Shown here: in pieces, positions 8,640 to 16,377 of the stretch
Layout of the letters: each line of letters begins with the position of its first letter
Numbering within the stretch: position 1 is the first letter of the stretch
Source of the DNA: Candidatus Falkowbacteria bacterium
GTDB taxonomy: Bacteria; Patescibacteriota; Patescibacteriia; Patescibacteriales; UBA12465
DNA length: 31,172 bases
Direction of reading: 5' to 3'
Assembly (NCBI GenBank): GCA_903857815.1
Contig: CAIOGK010000037.1
Location: forward strand, 1 to 31,172
Made by a program: the position numbers and the translations under genes
The notes under the pieces: model-generated
Seen by the model: only the letters and a program-made list of their open reading frames with translations
Database searches by the model: none
What the model was told of the DNA's origin: nothing

Positions 8640-8824
8640 ATAAACAATAAGACGGATTAAAAAAATTAGGCTAGTTCCTAATACCATTTTATCCTCTTTT
8701 GACGCATTTTGAAAGGGTGTAAGACATAAAACACCTTCTGTCAAGATTTATTTTATTGTAATAATATATTAAAATATAAGCATAAGAATCCTAATTTTTA
8801 ACTGCATAATTAATCTCTAAAGAT

Positions 8825-9340
8825 ATGAATGAACAACAATCATCAACCTCTCAAAATATTCCCGAAGAAATTTATAAAAGACCTTCTTGGGATGAGTATT
8901 TTATGAAAATAGTAGAGATGGTTGCCAGTCGTGGTTCATGTAATCGTGGACGAACCGGATGTGTGATTACTAGAGATAGGCGCATTGTTTCTACAGGTTA
9001 TGTTGGCTCTCCGGTTGGGACGCCACACTGCGATGAAGTTGGTCATGAAATGCATATGGTTACTCATGCCGACGGATCCCAAACTAATCATTGCATCCGT
9101 ACAGCTCATGCCGAACAAAATGCAATTTGCGAAGCAGCCCGCATGGGGATTGCTCTTGAAGGCGGAACTTTATATTGCAAAATGTCTCCTTGTTATACTT
9201 GCGCAAAAATGATTATCAATGCTGGGATAAAGCGTGTAGTTTGTGCTCAAGATTATCAGGCGGGAGCAAGAAGCAAAGAAATTTTTCAAGAAGCTGGAAT
9301 AGAGTATGTACTTTTATCGGAAGAAATGACAAAGTATTAA
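8825..9340 (+). CDS. dCMP deaminase (ComEB-like)
   Basis: RPSWDEYFM, TGYVG, HAEQNAI and PCYTC zinc motifs. Confidence 0.92.
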   Translation: MNEQQSSTSQNIPEEIYKRPSWDEYFMKIVEMVASRGSCNRGRTGCVITRDRRIVSTGYVGSPVGTPHCDEVGHEMHMVTHADGSQTNHCIRTAHAEQNAICEAARMGIALEGGTLYCKMSPCYTCAKMIINAGIKRVVCAQDYQAGARSKEIFQEAGIEYVLLSEEMTKY

Positions 9341-9367
9341 TACAAAAATAAATAATCTACATAATAT

Positions 9368-10657
9368 ATGTCAAACATCTTTATTTACGACGAATTTAAT
9401 CCGGAAGACGTAGCAATGATGCAAGCACTTTATTCTAGAAGCCCTAAAAGCGTAACTGAACACGTTGAAAAAGTAAAAGCAAGCGGTTCTGGTAAATTCA
9501 TGGCGACGTTTTACGTTGGTTATGGTCATGCTAGTATTGCCGACTGCGGAAGCACCACAATTTTTATTGAAAATATTAGTATTTTAGGTGATAAAGCTAT
9601 TCAGGATTGGCAATTATACAGTGGTCAAGAAACTAGCACTCGTTATATTGATATGGGTAAACAAGAAATTATTGATCCCATCTCTACTCCCGATTCAAAA
9701 ATTATTCTTGATAACTGGATGAATTTTTATATCAATAATCAAGAAAAAATTCAACAATATTTAATGATAAAATTCCCTCGCCAAGAAAGCGAAGATGAAG
9801 GAGTTTATATAAAAGCAATTAAAGCCCGCGGATTTGATATTATGCGCGGCTTCCTCCCCGCCGGAATTACTACCCAACTTAGTTGGCATACAAATCTTCG
9901 TCAAGCTTGGGACCATCTCGTATTACTTCGCCACCACCCCTTACTTGAAGTTCGCCAAAGCGCTGAAACAATTCTTGAAAAATTAAAAGAAAAATATGCT
10001 CATAGTTTTTCTCATATTTTAAATAATGACCAAGAAGCTTATCGCGCACAAACAGTTACTAATCATTCGTATTTTAACCCCCAATCTCCTGCGGAATTTT
10101 CAATGAATACAACTGTTAAAGAAGACGAACTCGCGAGGTACCAAGAAATAATAGATGCTCGCCCACCAAAAATTGGTTTACCTAATTTTTTAGGAGATTT
10201 AGGAACTTTTACTTTTGATTTTAAACTAGATTTTGGTTCTTTCCGCGATATTCAACGTCATCGTAACGGCGTCGGACGCATGCCCTTATTAACTACTGAC
10301 TTGGGCTTCAGTAATTGGTATTTAGAACAGCTCCCTGAAGATTTACGCGCCGAAGCAATAAGTTTAATAACTTCGCAAAAAATATTAATTGATAAGCTAG
10401 AAACAACGCCCGAAATTAAACAATATTATATTGCCATCGGCTTCAACGTCGCTTGTCGCTTTACCTTCCCTCTTCCAGCTGCAGTTTATGTAATTGAGCT
10501 TCGCTCTAACAAAACTGTCCACCCATCCTTACGAACAATTGCTCATAAAATGCATCAAGCAGTTACTACTAAATTTCCTAACCTGAAATTATATTCTGAT
10601 TTAGATTTAGATGATTGGGATGTAAGACGAGGTTTAGCTGATATTATTAAAAAATAA
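9368..10657 (+). CDS. thyX: FAD-dependent thymidylate synthase, tandem-domain type
   Basis: GHASIAD, SGQETSTRY, RGFLP in the N-half; RDIQRHR and ELRS...HP in the C-half; about twice canonical ThyX length. Confidence 0.85.
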   Translation: MSNIFIYDEFNPEDVAMMQALYSRSPKSVTEHVEKVKASGSGKFMATFYVGYGHASIADCGSTTIFIENISILGDKAIQDWQLYSGQETSTRYIDMGKQEIIDPISTPDSKIILDNWMNFYINNQEKIQQYLMIKFPRQESEDEGVYIKAIKARGFDIMRGFLPAGITTQLSWHTNLRQAWDHLVLLRHHPLLEVRQSAETILEKLKEKYAHSFSHILNNDQEAYRAQTVTNHSYFNPQSPAEFSMNTTVKEDELARYQEIIDARPPKIGLPNFLGDLGTFTFDFKLDFGSFRDIQRHRNGVGRMPLLTTDLGFSNWYLEQLPEDLRAEAISLITSQKILIDKLETTPEIKQYYIAIGFNVACRFTFPLPAAVYVIELRSNKTVHPSLRTIAHKMHQAVTTKFPNLKLYSDLDLDDWDVRRGLADIIKK

Positions 10658-10659
10658 TT

Positions 10660-11214
10660 ATGTCCAAAATAATCATCGGCCTTGTTGGTCCTATTGCGAG
10701 CGGAAAAGACGTAAGTAAAAAATATATCGAAGAAAAATATAATGCCTCAAGTTATAAATTTTCTACAGTTTTAAGAGATATTTTAAATCGTTTATATTTA
10801 CCAATTGATAGAGAAAATATGCAGGATTTATCTCTTGATTTAAGAAATAGATTCGGAAGTGATATTTTAGCAAAAGTAATAACCGAAGACGCTAAAACTG
10901 ATAAGGGGGACATAGTAATCGTTGATGGTGTTAGACGCATGGACGATATTATCCATCTAAGTGGTTTACCGGAATTTAAATTAATAAGTATTGATGCTGA
11001 TATTAATATTCGCTACGAAAGAATGAAGCTTCGTAATGAAAATATAGGCGACGATACAAAAAGTTTAGAAGATTTCTTAGCTGACTGCAATAAAGAAGCT
11101 GAACAAGAAATCCCAACCGTTATGAGCCACGGTAAATATCATCTTGATAATAACGGGACACTCGAAGAATTATACAAACAGTTAGATAATATTTTCTTAG
11201 AAATAAAAAAATAA
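10660..11214 (+). CDS. P-loop nucleoside/nucleotide kinase-like protein (dephospho-CoA kinase-like/AAA family), substrate unknown
   Basis: GPIASGKD Walker A, IVIVDGVR, IDADINIRYER, LDNNGTLEEL. Confidence 0.75.
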   Translation: MSKIIIGLVGPIASGKDVSKKYIEEKYNASSYKFSTVLRDILNRLYLPIDRENMQDLSLDLRNRFGSDILAKVITEDAKTDKGDIVIVDGVRRMDDIIHLSGLPEFKLISIDADINIRYERMKLRNENIGDDTKSLEDFLADCNKEAEQEIPTVMSHGKYHLDNNGTLEELYKQLDNIFLEIKK

Positions 11215-11218
11215 AAAT

Positions 11219-12565
11219 ATGGAAAACTCTTCTGGAAAATTTATTGTAATCGACGGGACGGATGGCTCTGGAAAAACCACCCAGCTTAATTTATTAAAAG
11301 AAAAATTAGAATCCGAAGGGTATGCGGTAGCGGTGGCTGATTTTCCTCAATATAATACCAAGTCCGCCGGACTCGTAGAAGAATATCTTTCTGGTAAATA
11401 TGGCCAAGCCAACGAAGTGGACCCCTACAAAGCCTCCATATTTTATGCGGTTGACCGTTTTGATGCGAGCTCAAGAATAAAACAATGGCTACAAGACGGA
11501 AAAATTGTTTTAGCTAATAGATATACTAGCGCTAGTTTAGGTCATCAAGGATGTAAAATAGAAAATCCCCTTGAAAGAAAAGTCTTTTTTAACTGGTTAT
11601 ATGATTTAGAATATAAAATCTTTGAAATTCCAAAACCCGACTTAACTATCGTTTTACAAGTAGAACCAGAGATATCCTTTGCTCTCGCTAAAGAAAGAGC
11701 GCGAGAAGATTGGGCGGGCAAAACTACTGATATTCATGAAAATAATTTTAATCATTTAAAGCAAGCCGAACAAACCTATTTAGAAATTGCTAATACTCTT
11801 CCGGGATTTCGTTTAATAAAATGTACTCATAACGGACAAATTCTCAGCCGAGAATCTATTCATTTTTTAGTTTGGCTCGCTACTAGTCAACTAATAGTTC
11901 ACCAAGCAAAAACTGGACGCGGCTTTGAACAAATTGGTAGTTTAATTGGCGCTAATGAACAAATTCTTAAAAACCGTGATTTAATTTTTAACAATATTAC
12001 TCCGGCCCCCGTTGTAAATTCTGTTTCCGTTGTAGCTCCCGCCCCTATCGTAACTCCGATTCCGCCAATAACAAACCATGAGACCCGCCTCGAACCAACT
12101 TTAGTTACTACCAATATCCCCGTTAACCAAATAGAATCTTTGATTAAATTAAAAGTAGAAAAGACTTCCCTAGAAGCAAAAATTCCTCAAAAAGCTCACG
12201 CTAGTGATGCGGGCTATGATTTATATGCTAATGATTATTATTCTATTACCGCCTATGGCCAAGCGTTAGTTTCGACTGGAATTAAAATGGTTATTCCTAA
12301 TGGTTACGCGGGATTAATTTGGGATAAGAGTGGTTTAGCAAATGAAGGTATAACAACCATGGGTGGAGTAATAGATGCTAATTACCGCGGAGAAATAAAA
12401 GTAGTAGTAAAAAATCTCAGCGAAGATATATTTAATATTATTCCCGGCCAAAAAATTGCTCAAATTATTATTCAAAAAATTGCTGCTTCCGAATTAGAAG
12501 AAGGAAAAATAGAGGATATTACCGATAGACATGAGGGCGGCTTCGGCAGCTCTGGTAAATTTTAA
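11219..12565 (+). CDS. tmk-dut: Thymidylate kinase-dUTPase fusion
   Basis: aa 1-~225: FIVIDGTDGSGKTT, DR, ANRY, PDLTIVL; aa ~310-448: AGYDL, DKSGLA, GVIDANYRGEI, IAQIII, RHEGGFGSSG; one uninterrupted ORF. Confidence 0.88.
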   Translation: MENSSGKFIVIDGTDGSGKTTQLNLLKEKLESEGYAVAVADFPQYNTKSAGLVEEYLSGKYGQANEVDPYKASIFYAVDRFDASSRIKQWLQDGKIVLANRYTSASLGHQGCKIENPLERKVFFNWLYDLEYKIFEIPKPDLTIVLQVEPEISFALAKERAREDWAGKTTDIHENNFNHLKQAEQTYLEIANTLPGFRLIKCTHNGQILSRESIHFLVWLATSQLIVHQAKTGRGFEQIGSLIGANEQILKNRDLIFNNITPAPVVNSVSVVAPAPIVTPIPPITNHETRLEPTLVTTNIPVNQIESLIKLKVEKTSLEAKIPQKAHASDAGYDLYANDYYSITAYGQALVSTGIKMVIPNGYAGLIWDKSGLANEGITTMGGVIDANYRGEIKVVVKNLSEDIFNIIPGQKIAQIIIQKIAASELEEGKIEDITDRHEGGFGSSGKF

Positions 12566-12580
12566 ATTAAAATTTAATAT

Positions 12581-14086
12581 ATGGCTTATCAAACTATTAT
12601 CGGGCTAGAAATTCATGCTGAACTAAAAACTAAAAGTAAAATGTTTTGTTCTTGTGATAATGACTCCGAGGGTAAACTGGCGAACACGACGGTCTGCCCT
12701 ATTTGCCTTGGCCATCCAGGAACCCTACCTGTTCCCAATAAAAAAGCCATCGAATCAGTAATTGCCGTTGGCCTCGCTATAAATTGTGAAATTAATCGTT
12801 TCTCAAAATTTGATCGTAAAAATTATTTCTATCCTGACTTACCAAAAGGATACCAGATTTCTCAATATGACCAACCCCTAGCTTACGGAGGATATTTAAC
12901 AATCGGCGATGATAATATTTCAATTACAAGAATCCATCTCGAAGAAGATACAGGAAAATCTTTTCATCCTCAAGGCTCAAATAATACCTTAATTGATTTT
13001 AATCGTGCCGGAACCCCATTAATGGAGCTAGTAACCGATCCAGTTATTAAAGATGCGGCTGAAGCTAAAAAATTCTGTCAGAAATATCAACAATTACTTC
13101 GCTATCTAGAGATAAGCGATGCTGATATGGAAAAAGGCCAAATGCGTTGTGAGGCGAATGTTAGTATTCAAGAAATTGGAAAATTTAAATATGAAAAAGG
13201 AATAATAAAGCCTCTAAAAAAATATAAACTTAATAATAAAGTTGAAGTTAAAAATATTAACTCTTTTAAAGCTTTGGAGAAAGCAATTATTTTTGAAATT
13301 CAGCGCCAAACAGAAATCCTCGAAAAAAATGAAGAAATAATTGGTGAAACTCGCGGCTGGGACGATAAAAAAAATGAAACAGTAAGCCAGAGAATAAAAG
13401 AAAGCTCGGCTGACTATCGTTATTTCCCCGAACCCGATATTCCACCACTAGAAATAGACGGCGAATGGTTAGCTAATATTAATGCTAGCTTACCAGAACT
13501 CCCATACAATAAATTTAAAAGATTCAAGCAAGAATATAATTTAAACGATGATATTTTAGAGATATTAATTAGTGATAAAAATTTGGCCAACTGGAGCGAA
13601 CAAGTAATTTCTGAACTTGATGCTTGGATAGAAGCTAATGGTGATAGCGCCGATAGACAAGATAAAAAATTAGCTAAAACTGCTGGGAACTGGATTGCTA
13701 GCGAATTAATGAAACATCTTAAAGCTAACAATGAAAATATTACCCAAATAAAAATTACCGCTGAAAATTTTGCAGAATTAATTTGCCTTATTTATCAGAA
13801 TAAAATAAATTCTTCGGCCGGCCAAACTATTTTAGATTTTATGTATAATCAGGGTGGAGACCCAACTGATATAATGTTAAAAATGGGGTTAGAACAAATA
13901 GATAATAGGACTGATTTAGAGGAAACAATTAAAAAAATAATTAGTGAGAATAAAATTCAGGCCGAACAGTATCGTAAAGGTAAAACTAATGTTGTTCAAT
14001 TCTTATTGGGGAAAGTAATGGCGGAAACTGGAGGTAAGGCTAACCCACGACTAACTAAAGAATTACTGGAAAAACTATTAAGATAA
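12581..14086 (+). CDS. gatB: Asp/Glu-tRNA amidotransferase subunit B
   Basis: IGLEIHAEL, RKNYFYPDLPKGYQISQ, HLEEDTGK, NRAGTPLMELVT, DYRYFPEPDIPP, C-terminal GKVM...GKANP. Confidence 0.97.
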   Translation: MAYQTIIGLEIHAELKTKSKMFCSCDNDSEGKLANTTVCPICLGHPGTLPVPNKKAIESVIAVGLAINCEINRFSKFDRKNYFYPDLPKGYQISQYDQPLAYGGYLTIGDDNISITRIHLEEDTGKSFHPQGSNNTLIDFNRAGTPLMELVTDPVIKDAAEAKKFCQKYQQLLRYLEISDADMEKGQMRCEANVSIQEIGKFKYEKGIIKPLKKYKLNNKVEVKNINSFKALEKAIIFEIQRQTEILEKNEEIIGETRGWDDKKNETVSQRIKESSADYRYFPEPDIPPLEIDGEWLANINASLPELPYNKFKRFKQEYNLNDDILEILISDKNLANWSEQVISELDAWIEANGDSADRQDKKLAKTAGNWIASELMKHLKANNENITQIKITAENFAELICLIYQNKINSSAGQTILDFMYNQGGDPTDIMLKMGLEQIDNRTDLEETIKKIISENKIQAEQYRKGKTNVVQFLLGKVMAETGGKANPRLTKELLEKLLR

Positions 14087-14103
14087 GCGTTCTCCTATAT
14101 AAC

Positions 14104-14131
14104 AAAAGCCTCGGATTAATCCGAGGCTTTT
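14104..14131. terminator. Bidirectional terminator, perfect 28-bp palindrome
   Basis: AAAAGCCTCGGATT/AATCCGAGGCTTTT between convergent gatB and miaA. Confidence 0.85.
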
Positions 14132-15060
14132 AAAAATTCCTTTATCTTCTTGCTCCCTTCATTTAAACTGGTTATCCATTCTATTTTTTTACCTTGTTTT
14201 TCCCAACGCCTGAACCAAGTCTTTTGCTTTTTAGCAAAACGATAAATCGCATTACCAAGTTTTTCAATCATTTCTTCGCGTCCAATTTTATTTTGTAAAA
14301 AATAACTAATAAACTTATACTCTAGGCCAAAAGAAATAAGACGAGGGTATGAAACGCCGGCTTGCTTCAGGGCTTTAACTTCAGAAATCATGTCTTCCCT
14401 ATCTAAGCGATGAGTGAGGCGCGCTAGAATTTTAGCTTTCATTTTTTCATCATCAATATTGATTCCTAAAATTAAAAAATTAAATAAAGCTGAACTCTTT
14501 TTTTGGACCATATCGCCCGAGCCAGATATTATTTCTATATATCTTACCAAACGTCGAGGATTATTTTTATCACTATTATTTAATTTAACAGCGAAGTCGG
14601 GTTTAATATCAATTAAAATTTTCCATAATTCCGCAGTCGTCTTTTTTTCTAAATCCAATCTTACTTGGCGATTATCTTTTACATCAGATAACTTATAATT
14701 ATCAGCTAGAGCTTGTAAATATAAGCCAGTTCCGCCAACAATAATCGGAAGTTTACCCCGACTTAAAATATCATTAATCGCTTTAAGCGCTAGTTTTTGA
14801 TATCTAGCTAAATTAAATTTTGTATTAGGACTTATTATATCAATCAAATGATAGGGGATTTCTTGCTTATCAATTCTATATTCCGATAAGTCTTTTCCGG
14901 TTCCGATATCCATCCCACGATAAACCTGGCGACTATCGGCACTAATAATTTCACCATTAAACTCAGCAGCAAGCTTAACTCCTAGCGCCGTTTTACCACT
15001 AGCCGTTGGACCCAAAATAATAACAATTTTCGGTTTAGGTTTTAAAATTTTCTTTACCAT
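14116..15060 (-). CDS. miaA: tRNA dimethylallyltransferase
   Basis: GPTASGKT, DSRQVYRGMDIGTGK, VGGTGLY, FAKKQKTWF. Confidence 0.96.
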   Translation of the reverse strand: MVKKILKPKPKIVIILGPTASGKTALGVKLAAEFNGEIISADSRQVYRGMDIGTGKDLSEYRIDKQEIPYHLIDIISPNTKFNLARYQKLALKAINDILSRGKLPIIVGGTGLYLQALADNYKLSDVKDNRQVRLDLEKKTTAELWKILIDIKPDFAVKLNNSDKNNPRRLVRYIEIISGSGDMVQKKSSALFNFLILGINIDDEKMKAKILARLTHRLDREDMISEVKALKQAGVSYPRLISFGLEYKFISYFLQNKIGREEMIEKLGNAIYRFAKKQKTWFRRWEKQGKKIEWITSLNEGSKKIKEFLKASD

Positions 15061-15072
15061 AACTGCAAATAT

Positions 15073-16377
15073 CTATAAAACTATTTTCCCTTCAAAACCA
15101 AATTTATCAACTTTCTCAACTTTAACATTAACAAATTTACCGATTAATGATTTATTAGGCTTATCATCTACATCGGCAACTACCATTTTATAACTTCCGG
15201 TTTTACCGTAATATTTATTTTTTTTAGTTATTCCTTCAATTAAAACTCGAGCCTCACTACCTATTTGTTTAACATTATTATCATGAGCGGTTTTTTTAAG
15301 AATAACCTCCAAGACTTCTTCTCGCTTTTGTTTCTCCTCCTTGCTAACATTATCTTTCATGCTATAAGCAACGGTCCCGGGACGCGGACTGTACCGTGAA
15401 ATATAGGCTAAATCAAATTTCATTTTCTTAAATAATTTTACAGTATTATTATACTGACTCTTAGTTTCTCCCGGAAACCCAACGATAACATCCGTAGTAA
15501 TGGCTATCTCCGGACGGGCTTTTCTAATTTTATCTACTAAATTAATGAAATGGGCAACCGTATATTTTCTATTCATCGCTTCTAAAATTTTATCATCACC
15601 CGACTGAACCGCTAAATGCAAATGAGGGCAAATTTTCTTTTCTTGAGCAACGATATTTATTAATTCATCACTAATATCCTTGGGATGGCTCGAAGAAAAA
15701 CGTAACCAAAAATCTCCGGAAATAGAAACTAATTTTTTTAATAAAATGGGAAAATTATTTTTTTTATCATGATAACTATTAACATTTTGAGCAATTAAAG
15801 TTATCTCTTTATATCCCCGACTAACTAACATTTCAACCTCCTTAATAATTTCAAGTGTAGGACGATATGCTTCTCTTCCACGAGCATAGGGGACTACGCA
15901 ATAAGAACAAAAATTATTACAACCATTACCGATGGGAACGAAAGCACTAAACTTACTTTGATATTTAGGAATGATGGATAAATATTTTTCTCCTTGCAAT
16001 AATCTAACTTCATCTAAACTTAATTTAGTTTTTATTTCTCGATTAGCTAATAAATCTAAAATATTGGGGATCTCGTTGATTGGCATAAAAACATCTACTC
16101 TTTCCGATAATCTTTTTTGAACATCTTCTCGACGACTCAAACAACCAGTAACTACTATTTTGCAGGCCTGATTATCTTTTTTTATTTGATTAACAAGGCC
16201 ATAAAGCCTATCTTCGGCCGTCTGCCGGATACTGCAAGTATTAATAAGCACGAGTCCAGCCTTATTTAAGTCAGGACTATCTTTAAAACCGTGGCTTTCT
16301 AAAAAAGCGGCTAAACGCTCGCTATCAGCCTTATTCATCTGGCAACCAATAGTTATAATATGGAAAGTTTTTTTCAT
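15073..16377 (-). CDS. miaB: tRNA-2-methylthio-N6-dimethylallyladenosine synthase
   Basis: GCQMNxxDSE, NTCSIR, CNNFCSYC radical SAM motif, HLAVQSGDD, IVGFPGET, C-terminal TRAM domain; adjacent to miaA. Confidence 0.92.
   Translation of the reverse strand: MKKTFHIITIGCQMNKADSERLAAFLESHGFKDSPDLNKAGLVLINTCSIRQTAEDRLYGLVNQIKKDNQACKIVVTGCLSRREDVQKRLSERVDVFMPINEIPNILDLLANREIKTKLSLDEVRLLQGEKYLSIIPKYQSKFSAFVPIGNGCNNFCSYCVVPYARGREAYRPTLEIIKEVEMLVSRGYKEITLIAQNVNSYHDKKNNFPILLKKLVSISGDFWLRFSSSHPKDISDELINIVAQEKKICPHLHLAVQSGDDKILEAMNRKYTVAHFINLVDKIRKARPEIAITTDVIVGFPGETKSQYNNTVKLFKKMKFDLAYISRYSPRPGTVAYSMKDNVSKEEKQKREEVLEVILKKTAHDNNVKQIGSEARVLIEGITKKNKYYGKTGSYKMVVADVDDKPNKSLIGKFVNVKVEKVDKFGFEGKIVL

Noticed and set aside
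8640-8744. N-terminal extension of DUF167 from TTG 8744
   Set aside because: The TTG is part of a TTGACA promoter-like hexamer and the extension has no family resemblance; ATG 8639 fits better
8762-8771. Palindrome TAATATATTA upstream of the deoxynucleotide operon as an NrdR box
   Set aside because: Lacks the conserved C and G flanks of the acaCwAtATaTwGtg consensus; pure A/T palindromes are expected here
13150-13260. Short Lys-rich insertion in GatB before KVEVKNINSF
   Set aside because: Surface-loop length variation with all core motifs intact; no evidence of an intein, intron or frameshift
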